From Ascidiella aspersa (Eukaryota), in contig OZ004608.1 in the NCBI GenBank assembly GCA_963924565.1, positions 33,542,001-33,606,000 on the forward strand: 64,000 nt of DNA, written 5' to 3'. A program made the translations under genes and the position numbers. Every line of letters starts with the position of its first letter. Within the stretch, counting starts at the first letter, position 1. This document shows positions 1 through 16,937 of this stretch, piece after piece. Below the pieces are notes generated by a model. It was given only the letters and a program-made list of their open reading frames with translations. It searched no databases and had not been told where the DNA came from.

Positions 1-375
1 ATATATTTATGAAAAATTAAACTAAACTTACTAAAACCATTCCTCTCTTTAAGTTCTAATCTGAAGCTTTTTCTTCTCCTCTTATCTGTCTTTGGCTCAA
101 TTAAGTCATTATTATTTCTTTTCTGGTTGCCTCTTTTTCCCATTTGATCTAATCTATGGAAGTCCCCAACTAGTTGACCAGAACTGCCACTTTTCGGTGC
201 ACTTTCCTTTTTCATTTTAGGCTTCATTTTTATTTTTTATCGGTTGTGTAGACAAACAAACCAAACACATGCATTTATAAATATTGTAAATGTTATGCCA
301 GTTTATAAGTGATGTAACAATGAACACAAAGGCCATTGTGACGCCACTGCTTGGTGATTCACAAAATTTACTCAC

Positions 376-2260
376 ATCATCTGAGGGGGTTGTGCCGCCT
401 GGAAAGCCTTCCCAAATCTGTTCTTTGGTGTGGATTTTCGTCAACTGGAAAATGTCCATTTTTAATTCCAGGACGGTTTTCGAGCCCTCGCACGACAGAA
501 AATGCTGCCTTCCTGGCTCTTCGTCCCTGACTTGGATTCTGTAGGTTTTTGTGAAGTCAATTATGCCACTGGAGTTGTGCCTGAAATTAAAAGGAGATGT
601 TTAGCTTATGAATAACTCAAGGCATTCAGTCCTAATATTAATAAGAAATGTTAATAAAAAATATTTGAAACAGTAGGCATAACTATAATAGGTTACACTT
701 ACACACTTTTAAAGCAATTCCTAAAATAAAACACTATTAATTACTAAACTACTATAAAACAGGTAAAAAACATTTCTAAACATTTTCCAAACAAATACAT
801 ATAATTTCTGTATTAAAAAAAATCGTCAGCAATATTTGATGTTTTCAACCTGTTTTATAAAACATACTGAAGTGTAATTTGGCTTAAAGCAAGAACCTTT
901 CTTTTACATTTTATGTCCTACTAAATTTAAGTACAAAAGAAAAAAACAACCTAATAATATATTTGTAATAAACAACTTACCCAGAATAAGCAGCACAGGG
1001 TACATACAAAGGTGCATCATCGTTGGTATCGAGGCCAATAGAAACACCAGAAATGGGGCTTTGCATTTTGACAGTCAGTTGATTAAAGTGTGGTAATGCC
1101 ATCGTTGACAGAACTGTGTTATCGTTTGGGTGGCGAACCGCTGACTCTTTTGGCCAGCTTTCAAAGTTAGTTTCGCCGGTTGAAATTCCAAGTTCAATAG
1201 AAGCTATTTGTTTTAAATCACCTGAACAAGAAAAAGTTAAAAGAATGTTAACTCAAATTACCAAACAAAGCTAAACACTCCCAAAGAAAAAGTTTTTATA
1301 TATTTACAAGAAGAAAACAACAAAGTTCATTAGGCAAGAAATTTCAAAAAATTTAGCAAATCAAAATACATTTATTTATATAAAAGCATCAATACAAAAG
1401 AAATAAAAGTTGATCGTACCAACAGTACTACTGTCATCAATCATAACATCTTTTGTGGTTTCACCAAGTCTACAGGAAAACGTTATCATCTTTCTCTCAC
1501 TCATTGCATTTTGAAAGCTACACAGAACATATTTTTTTTAAATTAATCAACAAATTTCAAATTTTTAAATACCAAATAAAACATTAAAAAACCTGTTTGC
1601 GGTTGGGTGGTCTTCTAAAGCTGCTGAAACAGCTCTTTGTAAATCCCACTCACATTGTTCCAATATTGCCATACATTCTCCAATGTCATCATTTCCAGAA
1701 CAAGCCTGCATGCATAAGCATAAAAAACAATTAAAACTTTTGGGTAAATTTGCTAACTCATATTTGCTTGCACTACAATCCGGCGCTGGTCTAGAATCCT
1801 ACCACAACGTTGAAATGATTATTAAGCAATGCATAATATGTGGGTTAGGGTGTCGGTTAGTGTTTGGGTGTGGGTAGGTCAAGTAATATTGTTTAACACT
1901 ATTACTGGACTCACCCAAACCCAAACGCTAACCGGCACCCTAACCCAAATAATGTTTCGCCTGCAATCCTGCTTATGCCAAGTTAAGTTGGTTAAAGCCT
2001 TTCTGAGGGCAGCTATACTAACTCTTTTTATGTATTTACCCCATGTTTTTTTATGTATACAGTTAAATTAGTTGACACTATAATTTAAAGGAAGGATAAC
2101 ATTAATCCAAAAAATAGTGTTATATAATAATTACCAGTAAAAATACAGACATACAGGTATGTAACTACATGAAAAAAACAAATGTATCAACAACTGCCAA
2201 AGAACAAAAACTAAATTAATACGGTACCTGAAAATTGGCCAAAATCTCGTTTCTATCCAT
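376..2260 (-). CDS. FAF1: FAS-associated factor 1 (UBA-UBL-UBL-UAS-UBX protein), first 5 coding exons; gene continues beyond the left edge
   Basis: GT-AG exons 2228-2260, 1593-1705, 1420-1517, 981-1221, 376-580 splice in frame to MDRNEILANFQ|ACSGNDDIGECMAILEQCEWDLQRAV...GDLKQIASIELGI...KTVLELKMDIFQLTKIHTKEQIWEGFP. This matches the FAF1 N-terminus as I recall it (vertebrate MDREMILADFQACTG...LEQNNWDL) followed by two ubiquitin-like domains. Confidence 0.88.
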
Positions 2261-4249
2261 CTCCTAGTTTAGAGGAGGACTTCAGCTAGTGCTTTGACAC
2301 TATAGGCCTATGCTTGTCTGTTTTAAACCGCTTCGTATTATTCTGCAAGTTTTTCTTCTGAAAATAGGAACTCGGATAACTGAAGAAATTCACACCTGAG
2401 TTTTGTGTAACGAACTGAACAGCTGTTTACGTATTTGCTGTGGTTTATAACGCAGGCAATATAACGCTTTGTCTGTCTCCAATGAACGAACAAAACAACC
2501 GCAGATGATAAGGGGGAATTGAACGCACTGGATGAGACAAGAAACAAAATAAAGAATATCGTAAAGAAGAACTGAAACCCTATCTCAGTTGGACAAAATC
2601 ACGTTAACATTCAACAAATGAAAGCTTGACGATAAATCCTTTGTTGCTACGTGAAAGTAAATTAATCACTTTTCTTTTATAACACATTTATGACGTAATA
2701 ACGGAACAATCGCTGTCGCGAAAAAGGGGAAGTTTCGCATCGCGTTCTTCCCCTTTGTTCAACAAAACAAAAAATCCTAATATTTATGCAACAGTGCACA
2801 TCTTGTGTTCAACTAGTCCTTCGATATACTGCGGCCGCGCGTATATTATTACTAGTATTACCTTACTTTTGTTCGTTCAAACTGAAAAACTGCAAAATGA
2901 GGAACTAAACACCGAAAGAGTGCACGAGAAAAGACTTTCCCCCGAAAATTCCCCACCCGCAGCCCCCAGAAATATAATCCCAATAAAAAACAACCGAGGT
3001 TAATCACCGAAACTAGCTATAGACAAACAACAATGGCAAGAACAAAACCCCTAAACTCCTAAAGAATAACGACCCAGAATAATTCATTGGCAACAACGAT
3101 AAAATTATGGCTGAAAATCTATTTAAAACCAAACATTATTTATCCGAATTTGAACTTAACTTTTATTAATTAGCGACGCTCGTATCAATTTCATGGTAGA
3201 GTTTATACTCTTCATGCGTAAAAGATGTGAATTATGCCATTTTATATGCAATTTTGTAAATATGCATTTTTTCGTTTATTTTATGACGTAATTTCTCGTT
3301 GTTATATTGTTCGCGTTTCCTGTAAAACTTGTTATTTTCCGAAAGTACGAAAGTATATATTCGCATGAACTAGGCCTAATACCCGCAAACACAGGCTAAT
3401 GTTGCTATAGTAATCTGGAAATATGCCCAATTTTTTTTTTAAACCTTGATAAACAGGATAAAAAAATATTCAGACCGCTTCAATAATGCTGACGAAAAAC
3501 GTCAAATGCATGAAACAGACGAAAAAGGTCAAATGCCTGAACAAAAAACTCATCGCGCAATGTAAGGTCGAGGTAATTTTTCAATTTTCGTTTAAAAATG
3601 TTATACATTAACTCTCTTGCTACGTGAAAATCATTGTATTGCATTTATCGCAACTTAACATACTAAAAATCCTTAACCCTTAAAACGGTACTATGTTTAC
3701 ACAACCATAGGCTTTATATGGCTTGTGTGTTTTAACTTCTTTAGAATTCCTAATGTTCCTGCTGAATAACAGTATCCTTGATCGTTTTTGTTGCATTCTT
3801 TGCAATAGAGTCGAACCAACATATAATTTTGTATAATGTTCTAAATTTATTTTTTTTCAAGGATTGGAAAAAGCAGCCGAAAAATTCGCGTTAAACGTAA
3901 TTTATTTACATGTGTTTTTGCCAAGTAAACGTTAAGGAAAGTGTCTAATGTGCTCCAGTTATACGTATAGCAGCAATCTTTGTAGATTTACACATAGCGG
4001 TTTATTTATCCGCTAGGTGAAGACAAAGGCCCCATGTTTGTCACGATTCGAATGTTTTTAGCAGCCTTTGAATGTGAATATATTAATCAAAACAAAGTTC
4101 ACGAAATATTTTGTTACTACTGCTATTCTTGATATTAAAGAAACATAAATTTACTGAATTACGTGGAAAGTGTGACTATATTTTAAGGTTTTAGACCAGC
4201 TTTCATTTGTTTTTTGTAAGTTAAGCCACTTTAAAAGAGTCTTTTAAAC

Positions 4250-4776
4250 CAGGGAGTCGAACCGTTTGACTTTTCCGGTTCAGGTTCGGTTCGTGTTCAA
4301 GAATTTTTTCGGAATTCGGTTCAGTTCCGGTTTCAAGCATTTCAAAAGTTCCTGGTTCAGCTCCGGTTCGACTAAATTTATTTTCAAAATCGGTTTATAA
4401 AGTTCCGGTTCGGATGCAATATGAGATAAAAATGTGGGTCAATAAATGTTGAATTACGTGAAGTAAACAAGCAGCTCGTTGTTAAAATATCTCAAAAATA
4501 AAAAATCAATGTTTTATTTAATCAGTAGGCCTATTCATTTTTTTCACAAAATTTCGAACATGGCGTAACTCTGTGAAATAAAGGTTGTGACGTCATTCTG
4601 GAGTGAACCGCTTTTGTTGACAGGTTCGGGTTCGAATATGCTTCCGGTTCTTTCAAAATATTCGGTTCAGTTCCGGTTCGGCTCCTTACAATCTTACATA
4701 AAACGGTTCAGGTTCGGGAAAATTTGGACCAAAACCGGTTTATAAAGTTTCGGTTCGGTTCCGGTTCGACTTCCTG
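4250..4776. mobile_element. hAT-type MITE, GGTTC-rich family, copy 1
   Basis: Ends cagggagtcgaaccg / cggttcgacttcctg; TSD ttttaaac/ttttgaac; homologous to 20942-21528. Confidence 0.85.
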
Positions 4777-6663
4777 TTTTGAACACAAAAGCACCGTAAT
4801 ATATAACGGCACTTTAGCTAAGTCATGTCAACTTACATCAAGACAACTTTCAGTGTGTGTGTTCGGCAAAACTAAAAAACTTTTCACTGACGTATAGGCT
4901 GTATAAATTGTAGAAGTAAAGTCAAGTTGGCAATTTACCTATAAGGCAAGTGAAAGCAAAGGGTAACGTAGCTTACTCAATTATTTGGTTAAGTTCATTT
5001 ATGCTGGCCGCCGGGTGTAAATTTTCCTGCTGTAAAACCAAAAAGCGCATATTTTGGGATTATAGCAATTTTTAAGTTAACAATATTGTCGTCGTTAAGT
5101 TGTAGTCTCGAAAAAAGACAAGCAGTTAAAATATATATAGGCCTGCGTAAAGTATTTGAACACTCCTGATAGTTGAATGTGCTTCCTTTAAAAGCAACAA
5201 GGAAAATGTCCTTGGTTTGTGTCGGGCACCATGTGTAAATTATCTGGTTAAAACCTTTATTAGCTGCTAGAAATGACATTCCTTATGTTACATTTACAAC
5301 CACGTAGATGTGGTACCATACTGAACTGATTCTTTTTTTAATTTTATCACATTTTTAACCTTACAATTTTGTATTTAAATTAAACAATAGAAGCCCACAA
5401 GAATGTAGCCTCTCACTTTTAAAAAATAATTTCCTTTTTTTAACGCTGAAAATTGGATATATTTTATTAGTGCAAAACGATATTTTTTTGTAAGATTTTT
5501 TTATCTTCAATCAATGCGGATGCGTGTTGCAATAACGAAACTCAGTCACGACTTTTGCGTAATGTTGAAAATTTATTATCAACAAGTAACTCCGACGAGA
5601 TACGTGTTTGGAAAACTTTTCTGTTCACATTTCGGTACTTTTATCCTGATATTCAGTATACACAAAGTTTAGCTGGTACAAAAATTCATACAATCAAAAA
5701 TGTTCATCCTGCCACGTTTGTTTCATTGAAACTAAATTACGGGCATTAACATGTTTAATGGCAATGGACACGTCAGAATCAAGCAAAATAACTCACGATC
5801 GACCACTAGTAAATGCCCCCAGGCAAAACGTTCAAATCCGTTGCCACCGGTTGACGCAACATTCACAAACCATGATATTTGGTTGGACTTTAATCAACGT
5901 TTTGTACATGTAGAAAAATACCACATACTAAAGGCTGTTAGGTTTGTTTTACTTTTACACATAAATAACGAGAGCGGATTTTAACGACAAATATGCTTCG
6001 AATAGCAAATCGTTTTTGTTGAACATTTATACATTGAGGTAAGTTATGCGTAAATCCTGGACGACGGTTTGCCAATGTTCACCAATCGTCTTTTATTCGG
6101 GTGTAATTGGGATTCTATTTCTGGGTTACTTTACAACAAACGTCACCTACGTGTCTAAACAATAAACATGGGGCCATTACGTAAAATTAACCCTTCGTTG
6201 CGGGCTTATTTACACGGCAAATGTACATGGATTATCTAGTGTATGTAACATAAAAATCTTGGCAAAAAGTTTGAAGAGCAAAACAACATTTAGCTCACAA
6301 TATTTGTTCGATTCACCCATACGTATCTAGACGATGAAAAACATATAAACAATACCACTATTTGCATGCATAAATATAGTGTCAACGAAATTTCCTATTT
6401 AAAATCGGACAACACATTCGGGCAAAAATAACACTGCCAGAATGCGTCTATAGGAGGGTGATATGGTAGTATGACTTATTGCCTAAACCCGTTCTACTCG
6501 AGACTGCTAAGCAAAAATTTTTAAAACATCAAGAAAAAATGACAAAAAACGTCATATTTCACCACAAAGTTTTCCTCCTACGAGAAACACCCCACGCTAC
6601 ATGTTAGATGTGAAAAGCTACTGTGACTTGGATATTGCACCACCAAATGGCAACTGTGACTTT

Positions 6664-9112
<2,449 letters not shown>

Positions 9113-12100
9113 TTTTATCGCCCGCGCTAGGCCTAGAACCTTTAATACGGGAAAAGCGCTATAACTTGAAGTACAGCGAACACGCAGGCATGGTAATAAT
9201 GACCAGCTGGTAAAACGTCACAGACATCATTGTCGGCAAAAATGTGTTTTGGGGATTTTTTTGGATTTTTTAATACCGTTTACCATTTCTGTATTAAAAG
9301 GTATGACACAGTCCAGAGCGAATTAAAATTGCTCCAATGCTTAATAGTTTTCCAGTAAAATATATTTTTAAAGACTATCATTTTTGTAATGACATAGGTC
9401 AAGAACTTTACTTAAGTTCACTTAATGACTGTTTTCACATTACTAGACTCAAGTCTTTTGAGCAAAATAACTTGAATTGATTAATTTCTTTTTGACAAAT
9501 ATTTTCACCAATTTTTGCGCGTAAAACAATTTGCTTCTATACATTGCTTTTTTGTTATTTTTAAGTTAAGATATTGATCACACACGAAAGAGTTTACCAC
9601 ATTTTAAGTAAAAACGCTATTTCTAACCACATGAATAAGAATAACGGTATGACAATTTATGGCATTGCTGGATAAATCGCAATCTGACGCACAACCTTCT
9701 GATTAATTTTCATATATTTTCTAGGTATTTCTTAGACGTTAAAAGCTTCACCCAACCACGTTATTTCATTGTTTGTAGTTTCCCACTTTATTGGCTGCAA
9801 CTTGTTTTGGATAAACATTTGAAATTTGATTTCTTGTAACTGCTTAATAAATAGATAATTAACTCGTGCTGTTGTGATATAAACGAGTGATGTAATTAGC
9901 TCACTTGGTAGAAGGGCTTAAATTAATTGATTTACCTTATTTATTCAAGTATGATTCGACATGGCAAATTATTTTAACTAAATAACTGGACGACTGGACG
10001 TATTTCATGTTAATTTCTTTAACAGGTTAGCCTAAAAAACGTGAAAACTTAATACGACTAGTTGAAACCATGTTAACAAAACAATAAAACCGATTAAAAT
10101 GCAAAATTAATGACAAATTTTCTCGAACTTAGCAAAAGTAACTGTGTTTGTGCTCGATTGGCATCTAGCGGCCGTAAAGAACAAAATTGTTATCCGCTAA
10201 GTGGTAAATTATTTATTTACAATATGCTTGGGTTACTAGGCGACAAGTGTTAAAAGTGTGTTGAGCACCTTAACGTACGGCTAATGAGCCTACGAAAAAA
10301 AGAGTTCGCAGATTTTCACTTTATTTTCTGAACTCAAAATAAACTTTTTATAAATGTTTCACGGAAATTAATTTAGGCAAAATATCAGATTAACAGCTTC
10401 TTGAGTAGCCTGCACTTTAAGCAGCATTGAGCTTTTGTTTGACACACAATTTTCAGTACCAAAAAAGGGACTTAATTAACTGATTTTTTAATCCTTATAA
10501 ACACTCCTTATCCTTGTTTACACCAGATGGGCGATTTATGCCAATTGACTTGTTACCCAAGTTCACATATCCATGAAAAGAGAGCATTTTACTTATTTCA
10601 ATTCCTTTGGACTGGATTTTAGTTGGGCACAAACAACAGCGGGTCTAGGCTCATTGACCTACTGGAACCTCGGTAAATATGCGACCCCGTTGAAATCGGA
10701 CCACTTTTGTTTGCTTGTCGCTTTACCGTACAACTTTATGTATTTCGCACGTAAATTAATAATAGCCGCAAAACCTCCCGCTTACGCTGACAGCCTGACA
10801 TATTGTTTGCAGTGGTACTCGTCCGATACTAGGCTAGTATCGGTGCTTATCCGATACTACATTAACTGTGCATTTTAGCCATGTTGTGCGATGTAACGCA
10901 TCGTATTTTACCTTGAAATAGGGATTTTCAGCAAAATAGTGAAGTACAGCCGAAAAATAAAAATGTTCTGAATCGTATCGGCACCGACGCCATCCTGTTA
11001 TACAATGCCTATCATTCTGGGTTGTAAGAGATATAATTTTCTCACCGGAACGAAGAAAAATTTTCCTACCACACTTTAACATTTTTAAAGAAGAGAATTA
11101 ACAATAAGAATGGCCGTTTACTTGCATACATTCAACGTAAAAACATTTCATTTTCAATTAACTCTTTTCTTTGAAAAAATGATTAGTTTTCAAATAAACA
11201 CTAATATTTGAATTAGGCCTTAATGGATCGCCTACAACTTGTATATGTACTCCCAAGGGTCATAGATCCAGTTTAAGAACCCCTGTGCTTGACATAGAAA
11301 GAGGATAAAAACATCAGCAAGGGATTTCACTACGCAGTACGGCAAATGACGCAAGCGAGAAATTGCGTCAAAACACTTACAAATGACCCTTGTCCCGAAC
11401 CCGCGTGACTTAAGGCCGCTAAATAGGTAATTGGACTTTGACTCGCAAATTGGCGATATTTTTTTACGTTCTGCAACAGTCCGGCGCCACTTTGACAAAT
11501 ATATGACGACCAAACAGGTTTAGGAATCACTGTTTGCTGTGTTTGTGAATGGATGAATCTTTCACAGGCGGCAACGACGCAACCTTTGTACAGGAATTAG
11601 CGCTAATTTACTAATAAAAGTGTGCTTGCTTAAATCAAATAATTAAAACCTTAATTTAATGAGCAATTTGCTGCTGTCGTTTTGATATCATACGTGCTAT
11701 ACGTGCTTCTAGTAAAGTTTTTTTTACATACAACTGGTCTTAAAGTTAAAGACTACGAGTTGTAGCCTACTTGTAAACAGTTGGGCACAACACTTGCAGC
11801 ATTGTGACGTAAATAAAGTCCAAAGTAGACCATTCTATGTTACGTCACCACAAATTAGGGAACTGGCGAAGTTCTAAATTTGATGGACAAGCCTTTAACA
11901 TCTTGCATTTTGCAATTCAGATATAAAATTGTAATGTATTTGGCGGTCGACAGAAAAGTTGTCGCGGACCGGCACCGGCGGTTGAGAACCACTGCTCTAA
12001 ACAACAGATCTTAACCCATATGCAAACAACAACAATAATCTAAAAAATAATAAAACGTTACGATGCAAACTTTTTGTATTTACTAGAGCGATACCATTTA

Positions 12101-12147
12101 TGACATAAGACGCAATATGCATGATTGGAAATAAAAAATAACAGTAT

Positions 12148-15100
12148 TTACGCCTCGTCCACTTGACAATGCTTTTCGGTTTTGGCGCTAGACACGATCA
12201 TCATTGCTTGCAGAATCCTCCAGAACCAGTAGACGTTAATTGCGTCGATAATAACTCCACCACCGAGGAATCCACTAACCACAGCGAAGTTGAGCCTTTC
12301 GAAAATGAAAAAAGTAATCGTTTTGTTTTAGTTTTAGTTTAACTAAGATACACTTTCTGTATACTTTTCTTATTATCTCGACTATTGCCAAAAGTTCGCC
12401 ACGGTTATGTTAAAACGTAATAAGAATATCAAAGCCCATACAGAAGTAGGTGTCATTTTGAACGTTTCGAATATCTCTTTATTTATGTTCAACACGATGG
12501 TGAAACCTACTTCTGTATGGGCTTTGATATTCTTATTACGTCTTACTACAACCTCCAACCATTATGCTCCAAGGTTATGTTAAAGTTTCGCGTTTTTTTA
12601 GGAAACAAAAACATTTTTTAGAGTTTTACTAATATCAATTAAGTTTGTAGTTGTGCTTTGTAAAACTAGAAGTTATGCTTTGTGATGGCCATATCAAAAA
12701 CAAAACAAAAACTGTTAAAAACAATGAAAGTGTTAGTGTCGTATCTGTTAGTACAGTGCTTCTCAACCTTTTTGCTTTCGTGGCCCATTTACGTTGCAAA
12801 AAAAGTCTGTGGCCCAATAAATATTTATGGAAGAAATAACTGTAAAATAGGTTTAGAACAAAACACAGCAGAACTTACTGCAACGTACCGGACAACCCTA
12901 ATACAAATTACCTGTGAAATCCTTCGGTGCCCAAATCTTGGTAAACGAAGTAGTAATAGAAAGGAAGGAAAAGGACTCGTGTGATGGTGAAGAGCAATGT
13001 ACCGACGACATCGTTTATGAGCCGCATTCTTTGGCTAAATATATCCATTTCCTTGTAAACGCCTCTGCGAAAAGAGAAGACCAGTGTAAAATGACAAGTT
13101 AAAGCAAATTATCTTTGGCGATCGCCCTTAACAACTTAACTCCCTTATGGAATACAATAAAACCGGAAATGGTTTAAAACGAACGACATCTGTAGCCGTA
13201 TTGGCCGATATAAGAAAACACATTATCCAATACGGTAAACTGAATGCATCATTATATAATATCATAAATTGTCAGTGTTGTAAATAAATCCTTATGAATT
13301 GACTTAGGTCCCAGTCAAGTCATTTGTAAAATAACTAAAGGCATAGTAAAGTCTTTTAAACAATGAGTTCCAGTCAAAGTCATTAGTTGCTCAAGTAAAG
13401 ACAAGTTAACTCCAAGTGAAATCATCGATGTAAAAATAAAAGGCTTAACTATTACAATCGGTAAACTTTACCGATTATGAGGAAAAACTCAACCAAAAAA
13501 TAACGAAAAACACCATACCAAGCTATTTAAACGCAAAAAATAAGATAATTTCCCTAATTGTATAAAAAAAGTCGTCGACTTAAGTCATTACAACACTGGA
13601 AATTGACCTCAACTTTTGTCGCTATTTGTTCTTTGTTGTGTTTTTGCAAATTTGCGAGTCGTGCAAGTAAAAGCATTCATTGTAAATAAGATTTAACGCA
13701 ATATTTGCTCACCTCATCAGTACGAAGGGCGTTGAAAGTTCCGTCACCAGCCTTAGGACTGCAAAGAAGGTACAAGCCTGGTACACCTGTGTGCAAAAAG
13801 AGTCAATTAAAAACCTCTACGTTTCATAAAACAGGCTTTTTACGTTTAACCTTCATTTCACGCTTATGAAGCAACCAAAAAAGTTTCGTGAAACAGATCA
13901 TTAATATTTAACAATACACAACTCACAAAAAGCTGGAAACAGTATTCTGGTTTGAAAATGTCATCCAAAGCATTTTATTGATATTAAATACGTTGTGTTT
14001 CATGTTCCAGAAATACTAAATTTTACAGTTATTAGTCTTACCACTTGCAGTAGGTAGACGTAAGTAGCCACGCTATGGTGGACGTAAGTTAATAATGGTG
14101 GGAAATCAGCATACTGCAGCAGAAACAGGTCTAAAAAAACAAACAAAAAGCTACACTTGCAAGTATTTCAGCAACGACAGGAGATCTGCAGCCTATTTTA
14201 TTACAGCTTACCAGCTACAAAGAACGCTACGCATGCGGAAATGAGTGCACCAGATTGCCAGGAGTAGCCCCTGTCGATAAAATTGATACATCGGTTAGTA
14301 TTTAAGGAATTTCTCGTGAAGATTTCACTTCCTTACCATAAATGGTCGCTTTGTAATTTGGCGTCCGTGGAAATTTGATACAGCGCAGCCAATGAGCAGC
14401 ATGCCGAAAAAATGATTCCAGTGACTCTGTAAACGACGGTCGAAAGCAATTCATATCGCTATTTATGTTTTATTAAGTACACTTAAAAAAGTATTTCGTA
14501 TAATAGTCTGTATTGCAATAAAAATATAAAGCTAGAACGATCGCTAAAATCATCATTTTTTTAGGATTTTTTTTAATGGTTTGGTTGATATATATTTTTT
14601 TAATTTGCTACGAAACCTAGTGATTGTTTCCACCATCTATGGTTTTAATTGGTGTTCAGCAGTAAGACCAAAATGGAAATAAAATGTAAGTGGAATAAAA
14701 CTTGAATCGATCCAATATCAAAATCAGACCAACAAGTAAGAACTAAGTCAAAACAAGGCAAAAATTAAGCCCGTAAAAATATTAGTCAAGTGGCTAAAAC
14801 ACGGCACGAGGCCAAAATGAAAGGCGCCAAAATGGCCGCGTTAAACCGTCTAATGCTCCATCCATAGGGTTATATAGGTCTTGTTTATTCCCGCTTAAGT
14901 TTGCTTGTGTGACGAAGCACATACAGCATAACCAGAAAGTATACTAGGCACTCCCACTACCCAAAAGCGCTGCAACCAAAGAAAAAATATTATTTGCAGG
15001 CCGTATTATAACGCTGATGTGAAGGTGTACATGTGTTGGGATGCTAAATCAGACACAGAAAATGTATTACTGTAATTTATTTATTTGCTTAGTTAAATGC

Positions 15101-16067
15101 AAAACTCGAATTTTGGTATTGTAATACGGTGTTATCAGTTACAGTACTTGCATGAAAATAAAATTAGAATGGTTTTCCTATTTAAGCAATTCTGAAAGGG
15201 GTGGGAAAATTGGTTCGTGATTTGAACGAGGTGCAGTAAGGAAAATGTTTAGGAATCACTGGTCTAATAGGACATATTTTGCCGAAATATGATAAAAAAA
15301 AACAACTTGCCTGAAGCCCTTAAAGTTTTAAACTGCACCTCTAAAGGAACGTGTTATTGTTCACATCAGGCAATACGTAAACAGGTCCGCAAAAATGTTG
15401 AAAAAGAAATAAACGCAAAAATCCATAACATCGAGGACCGCAGTTAAACGTTGTTGTGTCTGTGGCCCGGGGCGGTGTATTCAGCAGAGCATTGTTGCGA
15501 AGTGTTTTTAGAGTTACCAAACCACAACATGTAAAACACAAAAATAACACTTTGACTGAAGTGAAAAGTATTTTGAGGGAGCGACATTATTAAATTCTTC
15601 AAATAACATTATTTTCAAGTAAAAACAAACAAAAAACAGCAGAGACTTAACTGTACATGCTTATTGCTTGTGTCCAGTGTTTTTAATGTTGTTTGCGGAA
15701 CCAAATTGGTTTGCTATATTTCTTTAACAGCCTATTAACATTTTGCCTACATAAGTAACTATAGAGCTAGATTTATTTTTAAATACTTTAACAAAATCGG
15801 TTCGGTGTATTAAAATATAGTGGTCAGCAAAGGCTAACATTAAAAGACTGATGCATAACATTTATCTACACCAACTGTCCACTCACAAAACAATACAAAA
15901 TCAGCAGCTCTTTACCTGGTGTTCTGTACAACTTTCTTTTTCTTATCCGAAGCAGCATAATTAGAAGGTGCCAAAAAGCAGCTAATTGTTGGCGACACTG
16001 TGTATGTGAACACCAGTACCCCAAAAGACAAAAGGCACATGCACAGTGATGTCACAATGTCAATCAT
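12148..16067 (-). CDS. TLCD4: TLC domain-containing protein, TLCD4/TMEM56-like, copy A (7 coding exons)
   Basis: Exons 15916-16067, 14337-14426, 14212-14270, 14042-14130, 13713-13786, 12912-13064, 12148-12295, all GT-AG and in frame: MIDIVTSLC...QNTR|VTGIIFSA...SDHLW|GYSW...D|LFLL...YVHHSV...|...RLVTELSTPFVLMR|...ITRVLFLP...|...IDAINVYWFWRILQ...EA*. Intron positions fall at the same motifs as vertebrate TLCD4. Confidence 0.9.
12415..12541. repeat. Palindromic interspersed repeat with a 37-bp perfect inverted repeat; related copies near 43430-43545 and 54405-54560
   Basis: acgtaataagaatatcaaagcccatacagaagtaggt and its exact reverse complement. The other copies share the arms and the adjacent tail (reversed and more degenerate at 43.4 kb). 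Confidence 0.8.
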
Positions 16068-16937
16068 TATAAGAACGCTTGACTGAATTACTACTTTCAG
16101 CAATAGCTAACGGAACTACTGCAGTACTGGCGGTTGGTCTTAAATTTTTGCCTGTCAACCGTATGCAGTGATAGGTTAAGCACTCTGATTGAAATGTTGT
16201 GTCCTCAAACTCAATTTACCTCGATTAACGCGGAATAAATAAACCGCCTTGTTCAAGTGGCTTAGGGCTGTATCTCCTTTGTTTGGAAGGCAATACCCTT
16301 TTAAAAAATAAAAACTTTCTTGAATGTAATTTCGACTCTTTACTATAGTGCTATAATAAACGGGTTAATAAACGTTTTTTTTTTAATAAGATAAGTCGTT
16401 ACATTCTGCTTTTTAACCCAACGATTGTCATGGTTAAATGTCTTCTTTTACGGAATGAGTAAATTTCGGCCCAGAAAAAGTTGCTTAAGTATTAGTAGAA
16501 TTGGATCAGCAAATGTTTTTGCACTACCTGTCGCAAAGCATAATGTTTTTTGTTTGCGACCTTTGGCACTTCTTGCATGGTACGTTTATTGTTTATTAAT
16601 CTGCTTCCATAACAACTGTAATCACACTACAAATCTAGTTTGCACAATATTATAATACATATAGTTCACGTTGGGATGTCATTTGCCATATTGTTTGTTG
16701 TCAGAATAAAGGCCTAGAATAAAAACGGCGTTGCTAGTTAAATAAAAACCACAGTGCAATAAGCTTCAACAAATTCCTGTATTTGTTATTCGCGTTTGGG
16801 ATTTTGCAGATGAAATTTTTAGGTATTTCCCACCCCTTTTAGAAACTTGACTTAATTTTCACAACCTGTTGGTCAGACCACCAGCATATCATAAGCGGGA
16901 TTTTAGATAACTGTTTTAGTGTAATAAGATTCCTCGG

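Noticed and set aside
10573-11530. Several 66-101 aa ORFs and small palindromes between DNAJC25 and copy A
   Set aside because: Overlapping ORFs on both strands with no family resemblance; no gene or ncRNA can be supported without expression data.
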